64,000 bases of DNA from a bacterium (GTDB lineage Bacteria > Hinthialibacterota > Hinthialibacteria > Hinthialibacterales > Hinthialibacteraceae). Positions within the stretch are counted from its first letter, which is position 1; every line of letters begins with the position of its first letter. The notes under the pieces were generated by a model. It saw nothing but the letters and a program-made list of their open reading frames with translations. It was not told where the DNA came from and ran no database searches. This document shows, in pieces, positions 30,010-40,782 of the stretch. Made by a program: the position numbers and the translations under genes. The stretch is taken from positions 1 through 64,000 of the forward strand of contig CAXXSM010000004.1 in NCBI GenBank assembly GCA_963663405.2, read 5' to 3'.

Positions 30010-30449
30010 CCTTATTTGATTTATCCTTATGTATGCTGACTTCCTTCGGTTATTTCGAGGAGCCTGAAGACGATATTCTTGTTTTGAAGAATCTTTTTAC
30101 GAATCTTAAACCGGGTGGTTTTTGCGTGATCGATGTAATGGGGAAAGAGATTCTCTCCAAAATATATCAAGCAACCACTTCTGATCAGACTTCAGATGGG
30201 ACATTAATGATCGTTCGTCATAAAATCATGAAAGAATGGACGCGTATGGGCAACGAGTGGATATTCGCATGCGATGGAAAAACAAAGACATTTCAAGTCG
30301 AACACGCGATCTATTCGGGCTTAGAATTAAAAGAGCGTATGGAGCAAGTTGGATTTAAGGAAATTGATCTCTATGGTGATTTCGATGGAAATGAGTACGG
30401 TTATGACGCGCAACGCCTGATCGCTGTAGGGAAACGTCCGAATGACTAA
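30010..30449 (+). pseudogene. Class I SAM methyltransferase, 5'-truncated at the IS3 end
   Basis: TSFGYF...LKPGG..VID; SAM-binding motif I is missing. Confidence 0.8.
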
Positions 30450-30631
30450 ACCAACCAAGTAAGCATTTCTTCTTTCATCTTGATATAGATCATAATTCGG
30501 AATTGTAACAGCACGCTGTTGAGACCGGGCATCGCGTTCAACTTCCATTCGTATTCCGCTTATATAATATGCAAAGGCATGAGGCATTGCTACAGGATTA
30601 TTTTTCTTCAATATCATTTGGAGGGGCATAA

Positions 30632-32578
30632 ATGGAGAAGACAACATCCAGGATTCTTCGATCCCAACAGCTGACAGTAATTTGCATTGCTCTTTTCTGC
30701 TTCTTCTGGACTACGGCCAACGTTTCGAATAAATCGTTGAATAAAGTGTTGGGATGGGGAGAATTAATCGAGGCGATACGAGATGAACCTTCATTTCAAA
30801 AAGAAATTGATTGGCTTGTGCGACAAGCAAGAGAGGAAGTCAATAAAGGTTTGGTTCGTCGCGCTTACCGGCTAGAAGATATTGGTCTCCACAGAACATG
30901 GTTAGATGGCCGCTCTGAAGCGCTCGAAGATGAAATCCGTGAGACTTTCGCGCTGGCCATGAGCGATTTCGCGGCTTGCAATACACTATCGAGGATGCTG
31001 CCCATGGTAGCGGCCGCCGCGAAGATTACAAACGATACTCTTCTTCGAGAGCATGTGATCGCTCAGTTGGAAGAGATGAGCGGTTGGCAGCCTTTGCAAC
31101 GCCCTGGTTGGACACTCTACAAGCCGGGAAACCGGCTGCCATCAGATGGAAAGGACGGAAATTGGTTAGCAACCGGTACAGGTGTACGCGCGATCATAAC
31201 GACGCTGGAGATCATGGGAGATGACATCAGTGACACATTAAAAACATCTCTGGCTGATTTACTCGAAAAAGAAATTACAGGTGTGGTTGAGGATTGGGAA
31301 TTCAAGAGGCCTTGGTTTGTTCGCAGTAACAACGCTATTACAAATCAATGGGTTTTACCGACGGAAGGACTCGTGCGAGCGTGCTTGTATTTGGGTATCG
31401 ACAAACACAAGGAGGCTTATGAACTGGGTGTAAAGAATTTACTGCAAGCCCTTTCCGTTCATGGAAAGGCCGGTGAGTTTGAAGAAGGAATCGGATACGC
31501 CGCTTTTACCTTAACTTCCATGCTACACACAGCGCGCGCCATGGCTGTCTTAAATGACCGGCGCGCTATTGAACATCCATTTCTAATCCATTTCCCGACT
31601 TGGGCTGTACACCATATCCAACCAGGGAGGATGTCTGTGAACTGTTTCGACGCAGGAAACGCACAAATCTCCAAGGAGAATATGGTCTGGCGCTCCCTAT
31701 TTTCTCTATTGGTATTTGGAACGGGAAGCGAAGTAGCCAACTGGGCTTTGCAGAACCAGTTTGATGGGCCATCCGAAGATCTAGCTGGTCTAGCGTGCCG
31801 CGTATTAAGCCGAGAAATAAGCCAAACGCCTCCCAAATCTTTCGCCGCTTATGACCGGGCGGCGATGGTTGTCTGGCGTGACAATTGGGGAAACGATGCC
31901 ACTGGAGTTTGGATTCGTGGCGGTCACGAACTGGATCAGCACGATCACCAAGACCGGGGACACGTAAACTTTATTGCGCAAGGCAAACCGATACTAATTG
32001 AAGCCGGCACACCATCGTATTCCAATCCAGATATGGGTGTTCATTACGCTTCTGGCGCTGGCCATAACGTGTTGCAGATTGGAACGTTTTTTCCCGAGCG
32101 TCCTTATCCCGCGCAGACCACCCCACGCTATACTGGTTGGCAACAACCGGGTTGTGTATCGTCAATCACCGTACATCAGCTCAATGAGCAAAGAGGAAAA
32201 GTCCATGTCGAGTGCAGTGATTGCTATACGGAAACACGACAATGGCTACGTGAAGTCGATTGGACAGCGCAAGAACTCTGTATCCGGGATATCGTTAGCC
32301 TGAAAGAAAGCAATGAGATCATACTATTTCGCTATCATCTTGGGACTAATGAAACCATCCGGATAAAAAACGCAGATCATCGTTATGAAGTTCAGTGGTC
32401 CGACGCTGTAATTAATATCCTGGGAAGTGTACCTTTGGAACTTTCCCAGTATAAAGCGCCAGACTCGACAATAACGGCCAAAGAAGACTTCATGCATACC
32501 TGCTTGGAAATAAGAACTAAACAAGCAATCTCCGAAGTAAATATTGAAGTTACTGTAACGCCTATTCATACAAAATAA
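30632..32578 (+). CDS. Heparinase II/III-family polysaccharide lyase-like secreted protein
   Basis: EEGIGY, HDHQDRGH.NF...G..ILIEAG, GHNVL; hydrophobic N-terminus. Confidence 0.8.
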   Translation: MEKTTSRILRSQQLTVICIALFCFFWTTANVSNKSLNKVLGWGELIEAIRDEPSFQKEIDWLVRQAREEVNKGLVRRAYRLEDIGLHRTWLDGRSEALEDEIRETFALAMSDFAACNTLSRMLPMVAAAAKITNDTLLREHVIAQLEEMSGWQPLQRPGWTLYKPGNRLPSDGKDGNWLATGTGVRAIITTLEIMGDDISDTLKTSLADLLEKEITGVVEDWEFKRPWFVRSNNAITNQWVLPTEGLVRACLYLGIDKHKEAYELGVKNLLQALSVHGKAGEFEEGIGYAAFTLTSMLHTARAMAVLNDRRAIEHPFLIHFPTWAVHHIQPGRMSVNCFDAGNAQISKENMVWRSLFSLLVFGTGSEVANWALQNQFDGPSEDLAGLACRVLSREISQTPPKSFAAYDRAAMVVWRDNWGNDATGVWIRGGHELDQHDHQDRGHVNFIAQGKPILIEAGTPSYSNPDMGVHYASGAGHNVLQIGTFFPERPYPAQTTPRYTGWQQPGCVSSITVHQLNEQRGKVHVECSDCYTETRQWLREVDWTAQELCIRDIVSLKESNEIILFRYHLGTNETIRIKNADHRYEVQWSDAVINILGSVPLELSQYKAPDSTITAKEDFMHTCLEIRTKQAISEVNIEVTVTPIHTK

Positions 32579-32751
32579 TTCCACCTGGAAATCCTCTTTT
32601 AGTTCCAAGCATTTGGATTTCTCAAATTACGCTTTCCCTTTTTCACTTCTTTTCAACATTGGATCAGTATATAAACTCTTTTTTCAAACACACGATTTTC
32701 AAAACGTTGCAGCGTAACCGAAAAATATATAAATCCTCTCTTGTTTCCACT

Positions 32752-34867
32752 CTAGCCTGAATTTCCACAAGTACTAATTCCCCTAAGAAAACCTATCTAA
32801 ATTATTGTTATCAATCCATCCCCAGGATCATTTTCTTCAAAGATTGTTCGGAAAAAATCACATTTTTCAGACTCCGACAAAAATAATGTGTCTTTTTATG
32901 CTTAGTTAAATAATAAATCTATAAAGTGCTTGTGTACTTAGATAATACCAACTATAATATAGATATAAATTACTCTTCTCCAATATATATAGACTTATTT
33001 GCGATAGGGTGGATGAGACTATGAGATAGAAGGAGATACAAACCTTATGTCTACGTTAAGGAATCCGCTAAGACACGAAGCCAAATTCTTCTTGGAACCA
33101 GAGAATCCAAAACAACGTCAGTACGAGGCTCTGCGAGCTTATTTTGTTGAAAATATTCCTGCCAAGGACGCTGCCTACCGTTTTGGATACACACCAGGCG
33201 CGTTTCATGTCCTTTGTCACCAGTTTCGCCATGATCCTGATAAAGTATTTTTTGTCCAAACTCGACCCGGGCCAAAACACAGTCCCAAGAAAGATATTTC
33301 TAGAGAACGGATTATTCAACTTCGTAAGAAAAATTATTCGGTGCAGGATATTCACTTCACTTTGAAAGAAGAAGGATTGAACCTCAGTACTGTATCCATT
33401 TGGACAATCCTCAAACAAGAAGGTTTTTCACGCCTCCCCAGACGAGCTGATGAGGAGCGGCCGAAAAGACCCAGGCCTGAACAAGCCGCTTATGCCGATA
33501 TTCGGGAACTCTCGTTTACTCCACGCGTTATTGAAACACACCTTGGAGGTGTATTTTTACTTTATCGAATTCTGGCCGAGATGAAAATTCATAAGATCCC
33601 CAAATCTTTACAATGGTATGGATCCAAAATGATCCCTCCAGAAAACGCCTTTCTCTCTTCTTTATTGCTCAAGTTAATCGGCAAGGAAAGAAAAAGCCAC
33701 GTCATGGATTTAGTGTTCGATGAAGGGGTGGCTCTTGCGAATGGCCTGAACGTCGTTCCCAAGACCGCGTATATTTCAGAATACTCGGAAAGGATTACTC
33801 ATGAAGACAATCTGAATTTTATGCATTATTGGCTCAAGAATCTTAGAAAAACGAATTGCATAAAAGGAAAATCCTTCAATTTGGATTTTCAATCCATTCC
33901 CTATTTTGGGGAAGAAGATGTGATTGAAAAGCATTATGTTTCCATGCGTTCTCGCCGTCAAAAAGCCATTTTAGTGTTCTTTGCCCAGGATGCGGAATCG
34001 AAAATATTTTGTTACAGCAATTCGGATTTGCGAAAAGGAGAGGAGTCGGATGAAATCTTTCGATTTATCGAATTCTGGAAAAAACAAACGGGAAGGAAGC
34101 CTCCTCACTTGGTCTTTGATTCACAGCTGACAACCTACAAAAACTTATCTAAACTGAACCATGAAAATATCACTTTTGTCACTCTAAGGAGGAGAACTCC
34201 TCAACTTCTTCAAGAAATTGCGAATGTGCCCCTTTCCGCATGGCGGCGAATTAAACTGAGTAATGTGGCCAGGAAATATAAGACTCCGAAAGTGATCGAT
34301 AAGGAAATACAACTCCGAGATTATAATGGTGTTGTCAGACAACTATTCGTAAAAGAACTGGGACATGACCTTCCTACTATCATTATTACGAATGATAAAA
34401 AAACCTCCTCCTCCGAACTCATTTCACGGTATGCTCGGAGAATGTTGATCGAAAATTCTATAGCCAATGGAGTGGATTTCTTTCATAATCGAGCCCTATC
34501 ATCTTCCGTCGCCATTCGAATTGATTTTGATGTTCTTTTGACTCTTGTCGGTCAGGCCACTTATCACATATTGGCTAAAAAACTACGAGGATACGAATAT
34601 TGTGGAGCCGACGTGATTTTCCGAAAATTCATCGATACTCCAGCCAAGATCTTCATCGGGAAAAAAGAGATAGAGATACGATTGAACAAACGGGCCAACA
34701 ATCCTATACTTCTTGAATCGGGCTTAATCAATACTACCTTTAAACTGCCATGGGTGAATAACAAAAATTTTATAATTACTCTTCGCTAAGTTTCACAATA
34801 TGGATTCATGTAATACGTTTATTAGTTAATTTCTTAGATTAATTATTGAAGTGGAAATCCAGGCTAG
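32752..34867 (+). mobile_element. IS element of unassigned family with 17-bp IRs beginning CTAG
   Basis: CTAGCCTGAATTTCCAC (32752) / GTGGAAATCCAGGCTAG (34851), 16 of 17 match. Confidence 0.85.
33047..34789 (+). CDS. DDE-type transposase, 580 aa
   Basis: N-terminal HTH; LDF, VFDS and Y..RM.IEN motif; flanked by IRs. Confidence 0.85.
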   Translation: MSTLRNPLRHEAKFFLEPENPKQRQYEALRAYFVENIPAKDAAYRFGYTPGAFHVLCHQFRHDPDKVFFVQTRPGPKHSPKKDISRERIIQLRKKNYSVQDIHFTLKEEGLNLSTVSIWTILKQEGFSRLPRRADEERPKRPRPEQAAYADIRELSFTPRVIETHLGGVFLLYRILAEMKIHKIPKSLQWYGSKMIPPENAFLSSLLLKLIGKERKSHVMDLVFDEGVALANGLNVVPKTAYISEYSERITHEDNLNFMHYWLKNLRKTNCIKGKSFNLDFQSIPYFGEEDVIEKHYVSMRSRRQKAILVFFAQDAESKIFCYSNSDLRKGEESDEIFRFIEFWKKQTGRKPPHLVFDSQLTTYKNLSKLNHENITFVTLRRRTPQLLQEIANVPLSAWRRIKLSNVARKYKTPKVIDKEIQLRDYNGVVRQLFVKELGHDLPTIIITNDKKTSSSELISRYARRMLIENSIANGVDFFHNRALSSSVAIRIDFDVLLTLVGQATYHILAKKLRGYEYCGADVIFRKFIDTPAKIFIGKKEIEIRLNKRANNPILLESGLINTTFKLPWVNNKNFIITLR

Positions 34868-35255
34868 CGTAAAAACCAAAAACAGCTACCGGAACATTCC
34901 ATTCTCTGCCACACAAGACAGATGACGAATGTTCGCTTGAGCTGTTAGAACTCGAGACCTTTTCGCAAATCCGGGGGATACAGGTGTAATAACCTGAACC
35001 GTTGAACGGCGACATCCATTAGGTCTCGCAATTGTACTGTCTACATTGTTCTCGACGAGAACGTGCGAGACAACGATTTCTGTAGTGAAAACTCTACTCA
35101 TCTTCGCTTTATAAACACACCAATATTCTACAAGAAAATTCAATCCCAATACATTCAAAGAAAGGAGGTCCCGTTTTTAAAATTGAGATGGAATTCATGC
35201 CCCGACAGGCGCCCAAGTGACCTGCCGGGTCAAAGAAAAATGGAGGTAAAGAACA

Positions 35256-35522
35256 ATGAATCAACCCAATTTAGTGATTGACAAACTTGGAGAGAAATCG
35301 ATGCAAACAATTGTATCAAGAAGAGTCTTTGAAACATTGACTCCAGAACAGATTCATCAAGCGTTTACGATTCTCTTTGAGAAAATGAAAGTTCCTGATC
35401 CGGACAATCCCAACCTTTGGACCGTGCATGTCAGGGATCACAGGTTATGGGGCATTCTGGATGAAGGAGCCGGTACTGATGGGCAAGATCTCGTATCTCT
35501 GATCTATCCCGAGGATTATTAG
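35256..35522 (+). CDS. Hypothetical protein, paralog of 63689..63952
   Basis: GGAGG RBS; LWGILDEGAGTDGQ..VSLI.PEDY shared with the second copy. Confidence 0.8.
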   Translation: MNQPNLVIDKLGEKSMQTIVSRRVFETLTPEQIHQAFTILFEKMKVPDPDNPNLWTVHVRDHRLWGILDEGAGTDGQDLVSLIYPEDY

Positions 35523-35559
35523 TTGAAGTACCAAAAATGATGAAGGAGGTTAGAACACA

Positions 35560-35994
35560 ATGAAAAATAATAAAGGATATCGAATGATGAAGGTCCATTA
35601 CACTATCGTAGATGGAGAAGAGGAGTATTTCGTGTCACTTTCAATGAAATTAGATCTCAAAAACAATACAGAACAAGCTTACAAAGCGCTCGCTGCAATG
35701 TTTTCGTGGGACGACAAAGAGGAAGAGCATGATATCATGACCGCCCTAAAAACCGATGGAATGGCAATGGTAGGCCATAGAGGAATTAAGGACGTATCTG
35801 TTTTGGAATTGGATACAATCACTGTGTTTGTACGTGGTGGCGTTATCCAGGATATTCAAAACATCCCTGCTGGCGTAAGAATCCGTGTGCAGGATTATGA
35901 TGTAGGCAGTCTCACCAAACAAGAGTTACTCAAGGAAACTGAACCCGATGAGGAAGGCGATCCATGCATAGTCTCCATCTGGGGAAATGAGTAA
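35560..35994 (+). CDS. Hypothetical protein
   Basis: AAGGAGG RBS; V.V.GG.IQD...IP.GV...V.DYD motif. Confidence 0.7.
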   Translation: MKNNKGYRMMKVHYTIVDGEEEYFVSLSMKLDLKNNTEQAYKALAAMFSWDDKEEEHDIMTALKTDGMAMVGHRGIKDVSVLELDTITVFVRGGVIQDIQNIPAGVRIRVQDYDVGSLTKQELLKETEPDEEGDPCIVSIWGNE

Positions 35995-36125
35995 ACCACT
36001 CTCATATCACTCACTCCTTAAACAATCCCACACAAGATATTGATCCCCCACAAAAGTGATTCCCTAAGTCAACATATTCAATCGAGATGTTGAATCAAAA
36101 CTCTTCTATTAATTCACATGGCAAA

Positions 36126-36164
36126 GGCCGGATGGAATCCAGATTCTGTTCGGCCATTTTTTTT
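36126..36164 (+). terminator. Hairpin plus U-tract
   Basis: GGCCGGATGGAATC/GATTCTGTTCGGCC followed by a T-run. Confidence 0.55.
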
Positions 36165-36201
36165 GTCACAAAAAAAACCAATCAAAGAAAGGAAAAAAGA
36201 T

Positions 36202-36438
36202 ATGTGTATCAAAGAAATCCAATGCCCACATTGTGGAAATGAAAATGTGGAACGTATTCAGCTTTGCGTCGTACTCCCATCCAGCATCTACCGCAATCTC
36301 TACCAGGATGAACGCGGTTTGATTTGGGCGGAGGAGGAAATCGAGAGCGTTGATGACGGCATCAATCCGGTAATGGAATATCTTTACTGCAAAAACTGCG
36401 AACGGGATTTCTCCGATCCTGGTATCAAGATCCAATGA
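36202..36438 (+). CDS. Zinc-ribbon protein
   Basis: CPHC...CKNC; AAAGGA RBS. Confidence 0.65.
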   Translation: MCIKEIQCPHCGNENVERIQLCVVLPSSIYRNLYQDERGLIWAEEEIESVDDGINPVMEYLYCKNCERDFSDPGIKIQ

Positions 36439-36494
36439 TCTGCTCTCAATCTATGAACGAATGATTTCGGGCGTAAAGCCCGCAAACGAACAAA

Positions 36495-36518
36495 CCCGGC
36501 AATTGCCGGGATTTTTTT
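36495..36518 (+). terminator. Palindrome plus U-tract
   Basis: CCCGGCAATTGCCGGG followed by ATTTTTTT. Confidence 0.55.
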
Positions 36519-36538
36519 CATTAGAAAGGAGAAAAAAT

Positions 36539-37634
36539 ATGAATACTATTACCTGTCAACTTTGTGGAGAATCAATCCATGGCGCTTTATATGGCCACTT
36601 GGGTGAATGTCACCGCACAACAGCGCAGGAGTACCTGAAGCAATATCCAGGCGCTCCATTAGTGGCGCCGGCATTGCTCAATCAGATCCAATCCGGCAAA
36701 ACCATCAAACGAACACCAGTAAATGCAAGCGAAGAGTTCCGCATTCATGACGCGGCGCTCAAAAAGCGTAATGGCGCTAATCCTATGGCGCCTAACCTCG
36801 ATCCACATTATCAGTTCCCGCCTGAAGCCGCTTACTTGATTCACGCTATCAACCATCAGGAAAACGTCATGATTGTTGGTCCCACGGGCACGGGTAAATC
36901 ATCGTTGGTTATACAGCTTGCTGCCCAAACCAATACTCCTTTACGGCGTTGCAACCTGAGTGGTGAGACCACGGTCTCTGATTTCTTGGGCCGCTGGACT
37001 GTACGTGGTAAAGAGATGGTCTACAGCGAAGGCATCTTACCCACTGCGATGAAGAACGGTGACTGGCTATTACTGGATGAGATCGACGCGGCTCTGCCGA
37101 ACATCCTGTTCGTGCTCCAGAGCGTACTCGAAGAATGCGGTAAACTCGTGCTTCTCGAAAAAGATGGTGAGATTATCGTTCCTCACCCCAATTTCCGTAT
37201 CATCGCCACCGCCAACACGATCGGTAATGGGGATGAATCCGGATTGTATGCGGGTACTCAGATTCTGAACGAGGCGTTCAAGGACCGTTTCGACACAGTC
37301 ATCTATCTGGACTACCCGGATGAGAAGATCGAAACGGAAAATTCTGTCTCAAAAAGTATCCAACCTGAAAAAGACTGATATCAAACGTTTGGTGAAATGC
37401 GCACGCCAAGTCCGGGAAGCAGCGGAACGCGAAGAGTGTTATTGCAGTTTCTCGACACGGCGGTTACTCGCATTTGCTAGAAAGTACGATCAACTCGGTA
37501 ACCTGATCAAAGCATTGGAACTGACTGTTCTCAACAAACTTTCCCGGGATGACCGGCGCGTGGTCGAAGAGATCGCGCAACGGCGCCTGGGAGACCTCAT
37601 GAATCCCCAACCGGCAGGAGCGAATGAATCATGA
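36539..37634 (+). pseudogene. CobS/CbbQ/MoxR-type AAA ATPase, frameshifted at ~37338
   Basis: N-terminal C2H2; GPTGTGKS, LLDEID, HPNFRIIATANT.G; FSTRRL lid motif lies in the shifted frame. Confidence 0.82.
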
Positions 37635-39510
37635 AAAACCTTAACGGATTAGAAACCACCATGGAGCGTGTCGGACGGATCTTGTCACGCAAGTACAACA
37701 TCTCCGTCCGATGCAAAGGAAACGAATGCAAGACCGACGGTCAGACCATCTGGTTGCCAGCTTTACCGGACAACATCTCAGAGTCGTTGTGGAATTTAGT
37801 TCGTGGCGAGCTCGATCACGAGACCGCCCATATCCTCTTCAGCGACTTTGATGGCCCTATGAAAGATTTCAAACAGAAATGGGGCGATTTCGGATTTGAT
37901 ACACTCAATGTCATCGAAGACGTTCGAGTCAATTATGCTATGCAGAAAGAGTATCCGGGCTCACGGCAAAACATTCTGCACAGCATCGAAGAGATCACCC
38001 AAACTCATCCCATCGATCAAATGCCTTTGCCAATTCGGTTCTTATGCAGCCTGTTCCTCGCCGGAATGGATCTGCCATATGACCCGTACGGCGAAGACGC
38101 GATTGAAATGGTAGAACAATTTAAGAACGATGCGGAGCGGTTCAAATCCCTTCGCAATACCAACGAAGCATGTGAGATGGCGGAAAGCATTCTGAAGCGT
38201 TTGAAACGCCAAGCAGAGAAAGAGAGACAATCTTCAAGTTCCCAGCAATCTAAGAATAAACAAGGGAATCAAGAATCACAGTCTCAATCCTCTTCCTGTG
38301 AAACCGACCAACAATCGCCTGAGGAAGATCTCCAATCTTCACAAATCGATTCCTCTAGCGGGGATGAACAATCTGATAATCTGCACAGAGATCTTGAGGA
38401 TCATAAGGATGATCCTGGGGATCAACAAGATGATTCGAGCTCAAAGTCGCCTTTCAGCTCGAACAGCAGCAAATCAGATAAGACTGGGGATGCTGATCAA
38501 AGCGCCTTGGAGCAGGCGCTAGCCGGACAATACTCATCCACCGGTCATCCATTCGAGCTCCAGGGAACTATCAGAGAGCAAGTACAAGAAGAATTCGGTA
38601 GTGGAACAAACCAAGCCTACCGGGTATACGATCCATCGCTGGATAAAGCCGTTACGCCTCTAGTACTGGATAATGGAGAAACCTATCAGAATCTAAGCAA
38701 TGTCGTTCGTCCCCATGTAGGCGCTCTTCGACAACAGTTGATTCGGACTCTCCGATCGCGCGATGCCAGGTTCTGGGTCAGCGACCAGGAATAAGGCCAA
38801 GTCAATAGCAAAAGGCTTTACGCGCTGCTCAATCAAGGCTCGAACAAAGTCTTCCGGCAGATCCGAGAATGCGAATCCGATTCCGTAGCCGTTTCGCTTC
38901 TTATCGATCTATCCGGCTCAATGAACGGACCACGGATCTACCTGGCTCGTCAGGTCGCTATTCTGTTCGCTGAAACACTCAACCAGCTGCGTATCCCCTC
39001 GGAAGTGATCGGTTTTACCACCGAACCTTCTAAACGGGCCTTCGCGAGATTGACACGGGAAACGGGAATGGATTTACAGGAACTCTCTAAACTCTATACC
39101 CGCTTTTTCCCTGCGTCTATTCCATCTTCAAAGCGTTTGAGGAACCGTTCCGGGCTCTGAAGCCTCGTGTCCCCGCTATGAACGCCCTGGAATACACGCC
39201 CATCGACGACGCCATCATTTTCACTGCGAAACGGATTGTCGTTCGGAAGGAAACTTGGAAGATCATCCTAGTCCTCACGGATGGAGAACCGTACAGCGGG
39301 AATCCGGCGATGCAGCTGACTGTCATCAAACATCTCGAAGAGAACCTGCACAAATGCGAACAGGCCGGAATCGAGTGTGTGGCTGTTGGCATAAAAACAG
39401 ACTACGTAAAGAATTTCTTCAAAGAAAACGTAGTCGTTCAAAACCTGCCTGAACTCCCAAAAGTGTTCTACACCAAGTTCTCCGAACTCCTCCGCAGAAA
39501 CCGCAAATAA
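37631..39510 (+). pseudogene. CobT-like vWA protein with internal TAA (38792) and frameshift (~39105)
   Basis: DHETAH, N..ED.RV, acidic Ser-rich linker, DLSGSM MIDAS after the stop, LTDGEP. Confidence 0.82.
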
Positions 39511-39553
39511 CCTGCAACAAATAACCATTCTGTTTTTGAAAGGAGATTTATCA

Positions 39554-40021
39554 ATGGGTAACTCTGTCCAAAATCCGCCCTGTTTCGCCCTGTTTGACCC
39601 CATCACACCGGAATGCGCGAGCTGTGGTATCCAAACCGATTGCATGCGTGAACAAGAGAAACATCTCAGCGATCCTGATTCGTACCAATGTCAATCCAGT
39701 GTGAAATCGCCGGAAACATCGAATCCAAAGCCAACAAGAAAGGAGAAATTACCTGCAAAATATCAAGTTACCAGTTCTGGAGATGAGCAATACATCCCCG
39801 AACACACCCGCAAACCGTTGGAAATCCCACCGGTTGGTTCAACGATTCAAACCACCTACCGGGGCCAGGTTTACGAAGCCGTCATCGTAGATGATCCATC
39901 CAACAAACGCTCTGACGGTCGATCCATCCTGTTCAATGGAACCGTCTATCGAACGCTGACAGCAGCAGCGCACGCCATTGCGCCTGGAATCAATTCCGGA
40001 TCGGTCTGGCAAGAAATCTAA
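39554..40021 (+). CDS. Cys-cluster plus RAMA/DUF2924-like DNA-binding protein
   Basis: CF......EC..C.....C; YRGQVYEA...FNGTVYRTLTAAA....NSG..W. Confidence 0.6.
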   Translation: MGNSVQNPPCFALFDPITPECASCGIQTDCMREQEKHLSDPDSYQCQSSVKSPETSNPKPTRKEKLPAKYQVTSSGDEQYIPEHTRKPLEIPPVGSTIQTTYRGQVYEAVIVDDPSNKRSDGRSILFNGTVYRTLTAAAHAIAPGINSGSVWQEI

Positions 40022-40042
40022 AAAACCAGAAAGGAAAATATC

Positions 40043-40393
40043 ATGAATAATAACGGCAGTAAAACAACAAACGCAAAATCGAACCGTAACGTTGGCCGAG
40101 GATTACGCGATATCCTGACCGAACAATCAATCTTTGATAGCAATTTCAATGACCTGCAAGAGCATGTCAAAGCAGCACGTATCGGAGCGGCAATTCTCGA
40201 ACTGATCGATATCGTCGAAGCAAAGTATCAAACTGTCATCTTCAAAAGCGTCGCCGCCTATCGCTCTGTATCAGAGCAAGAAACTACCGAAGAGATCGGA
40301 CGGAAACTTTCTGAATTGGAACGTCAACGCATTCATCGTGAAACAGAAAACCAGAAGCCAAAACGGCGATGGTATTTTCTGTATTTGCGCTAA
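40043..40393 (+). CDS. Hypothetical protein
   Basis: AAAGGA RBS; co-oriented with operon. Confidence 0.6.
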   Translation: MNNNGSKTTNAKSNRNVGRGLRDILTEQSIFDSNFNDLQEHVKAARIGAAILELIDIVEAKYQTVIFKSVAAYRSVSEQETTEEIGRKLSELERQRIHRETENQKPKRRWYFLYLR

Positions 40394-40576
40394 TCAAATG
40401 TAAATATTGGGGAGAGGAAAATGATTATCTTCTCCCCATTTCTCTTTCTTTTTTCTTTCCTGGCTTAGTGAGAACTCTATCGTTCGGTCTATTCTGGCTG
40501 ATTTCGTCCTTTATATCGAATAATCCATCTTTACTTTCTCGTCTTGCTTTGGTCCGATTTCATTATAAACCAATAC

Positions 40577-40606
40577 TTGACTCGATGAGATCATGTGTGA
40601 TAGATT
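40577..40606 (+). promoter_or_regulatory. Candidate sigma70 promoter for the restriction-like operon
   Basis: TTGACT - 18 nt - TAGATT with TGn extension. Confidence 0.35.
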
Positions 40607-40782
40607 GTAACGGATTGTTCGTATATATAAACAAGAAACTCTATGAGTGCGTTTTTTTATCAAGCGAAAGAATATTGGTAAAATTATCATTAAAGACTAC
40701 TGTATATGGGACTTTAGGCAACGTCTATGAATAATGAACTTGGTTAAATATTTGGAAAGGAGTAACCGATTTAGATTAGGCA

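Noticed and set aside
36539-39510. Cobalamin biosynthesis locus (cobST)
   Set aside because: No cobN or other cob genes; mobile-element context
40369-40734. 121-aa ORF before the SNF2 gene
   Set aside because: Low-complexity pyrimidine-rich, no RBS, overlaps the probable promoter region
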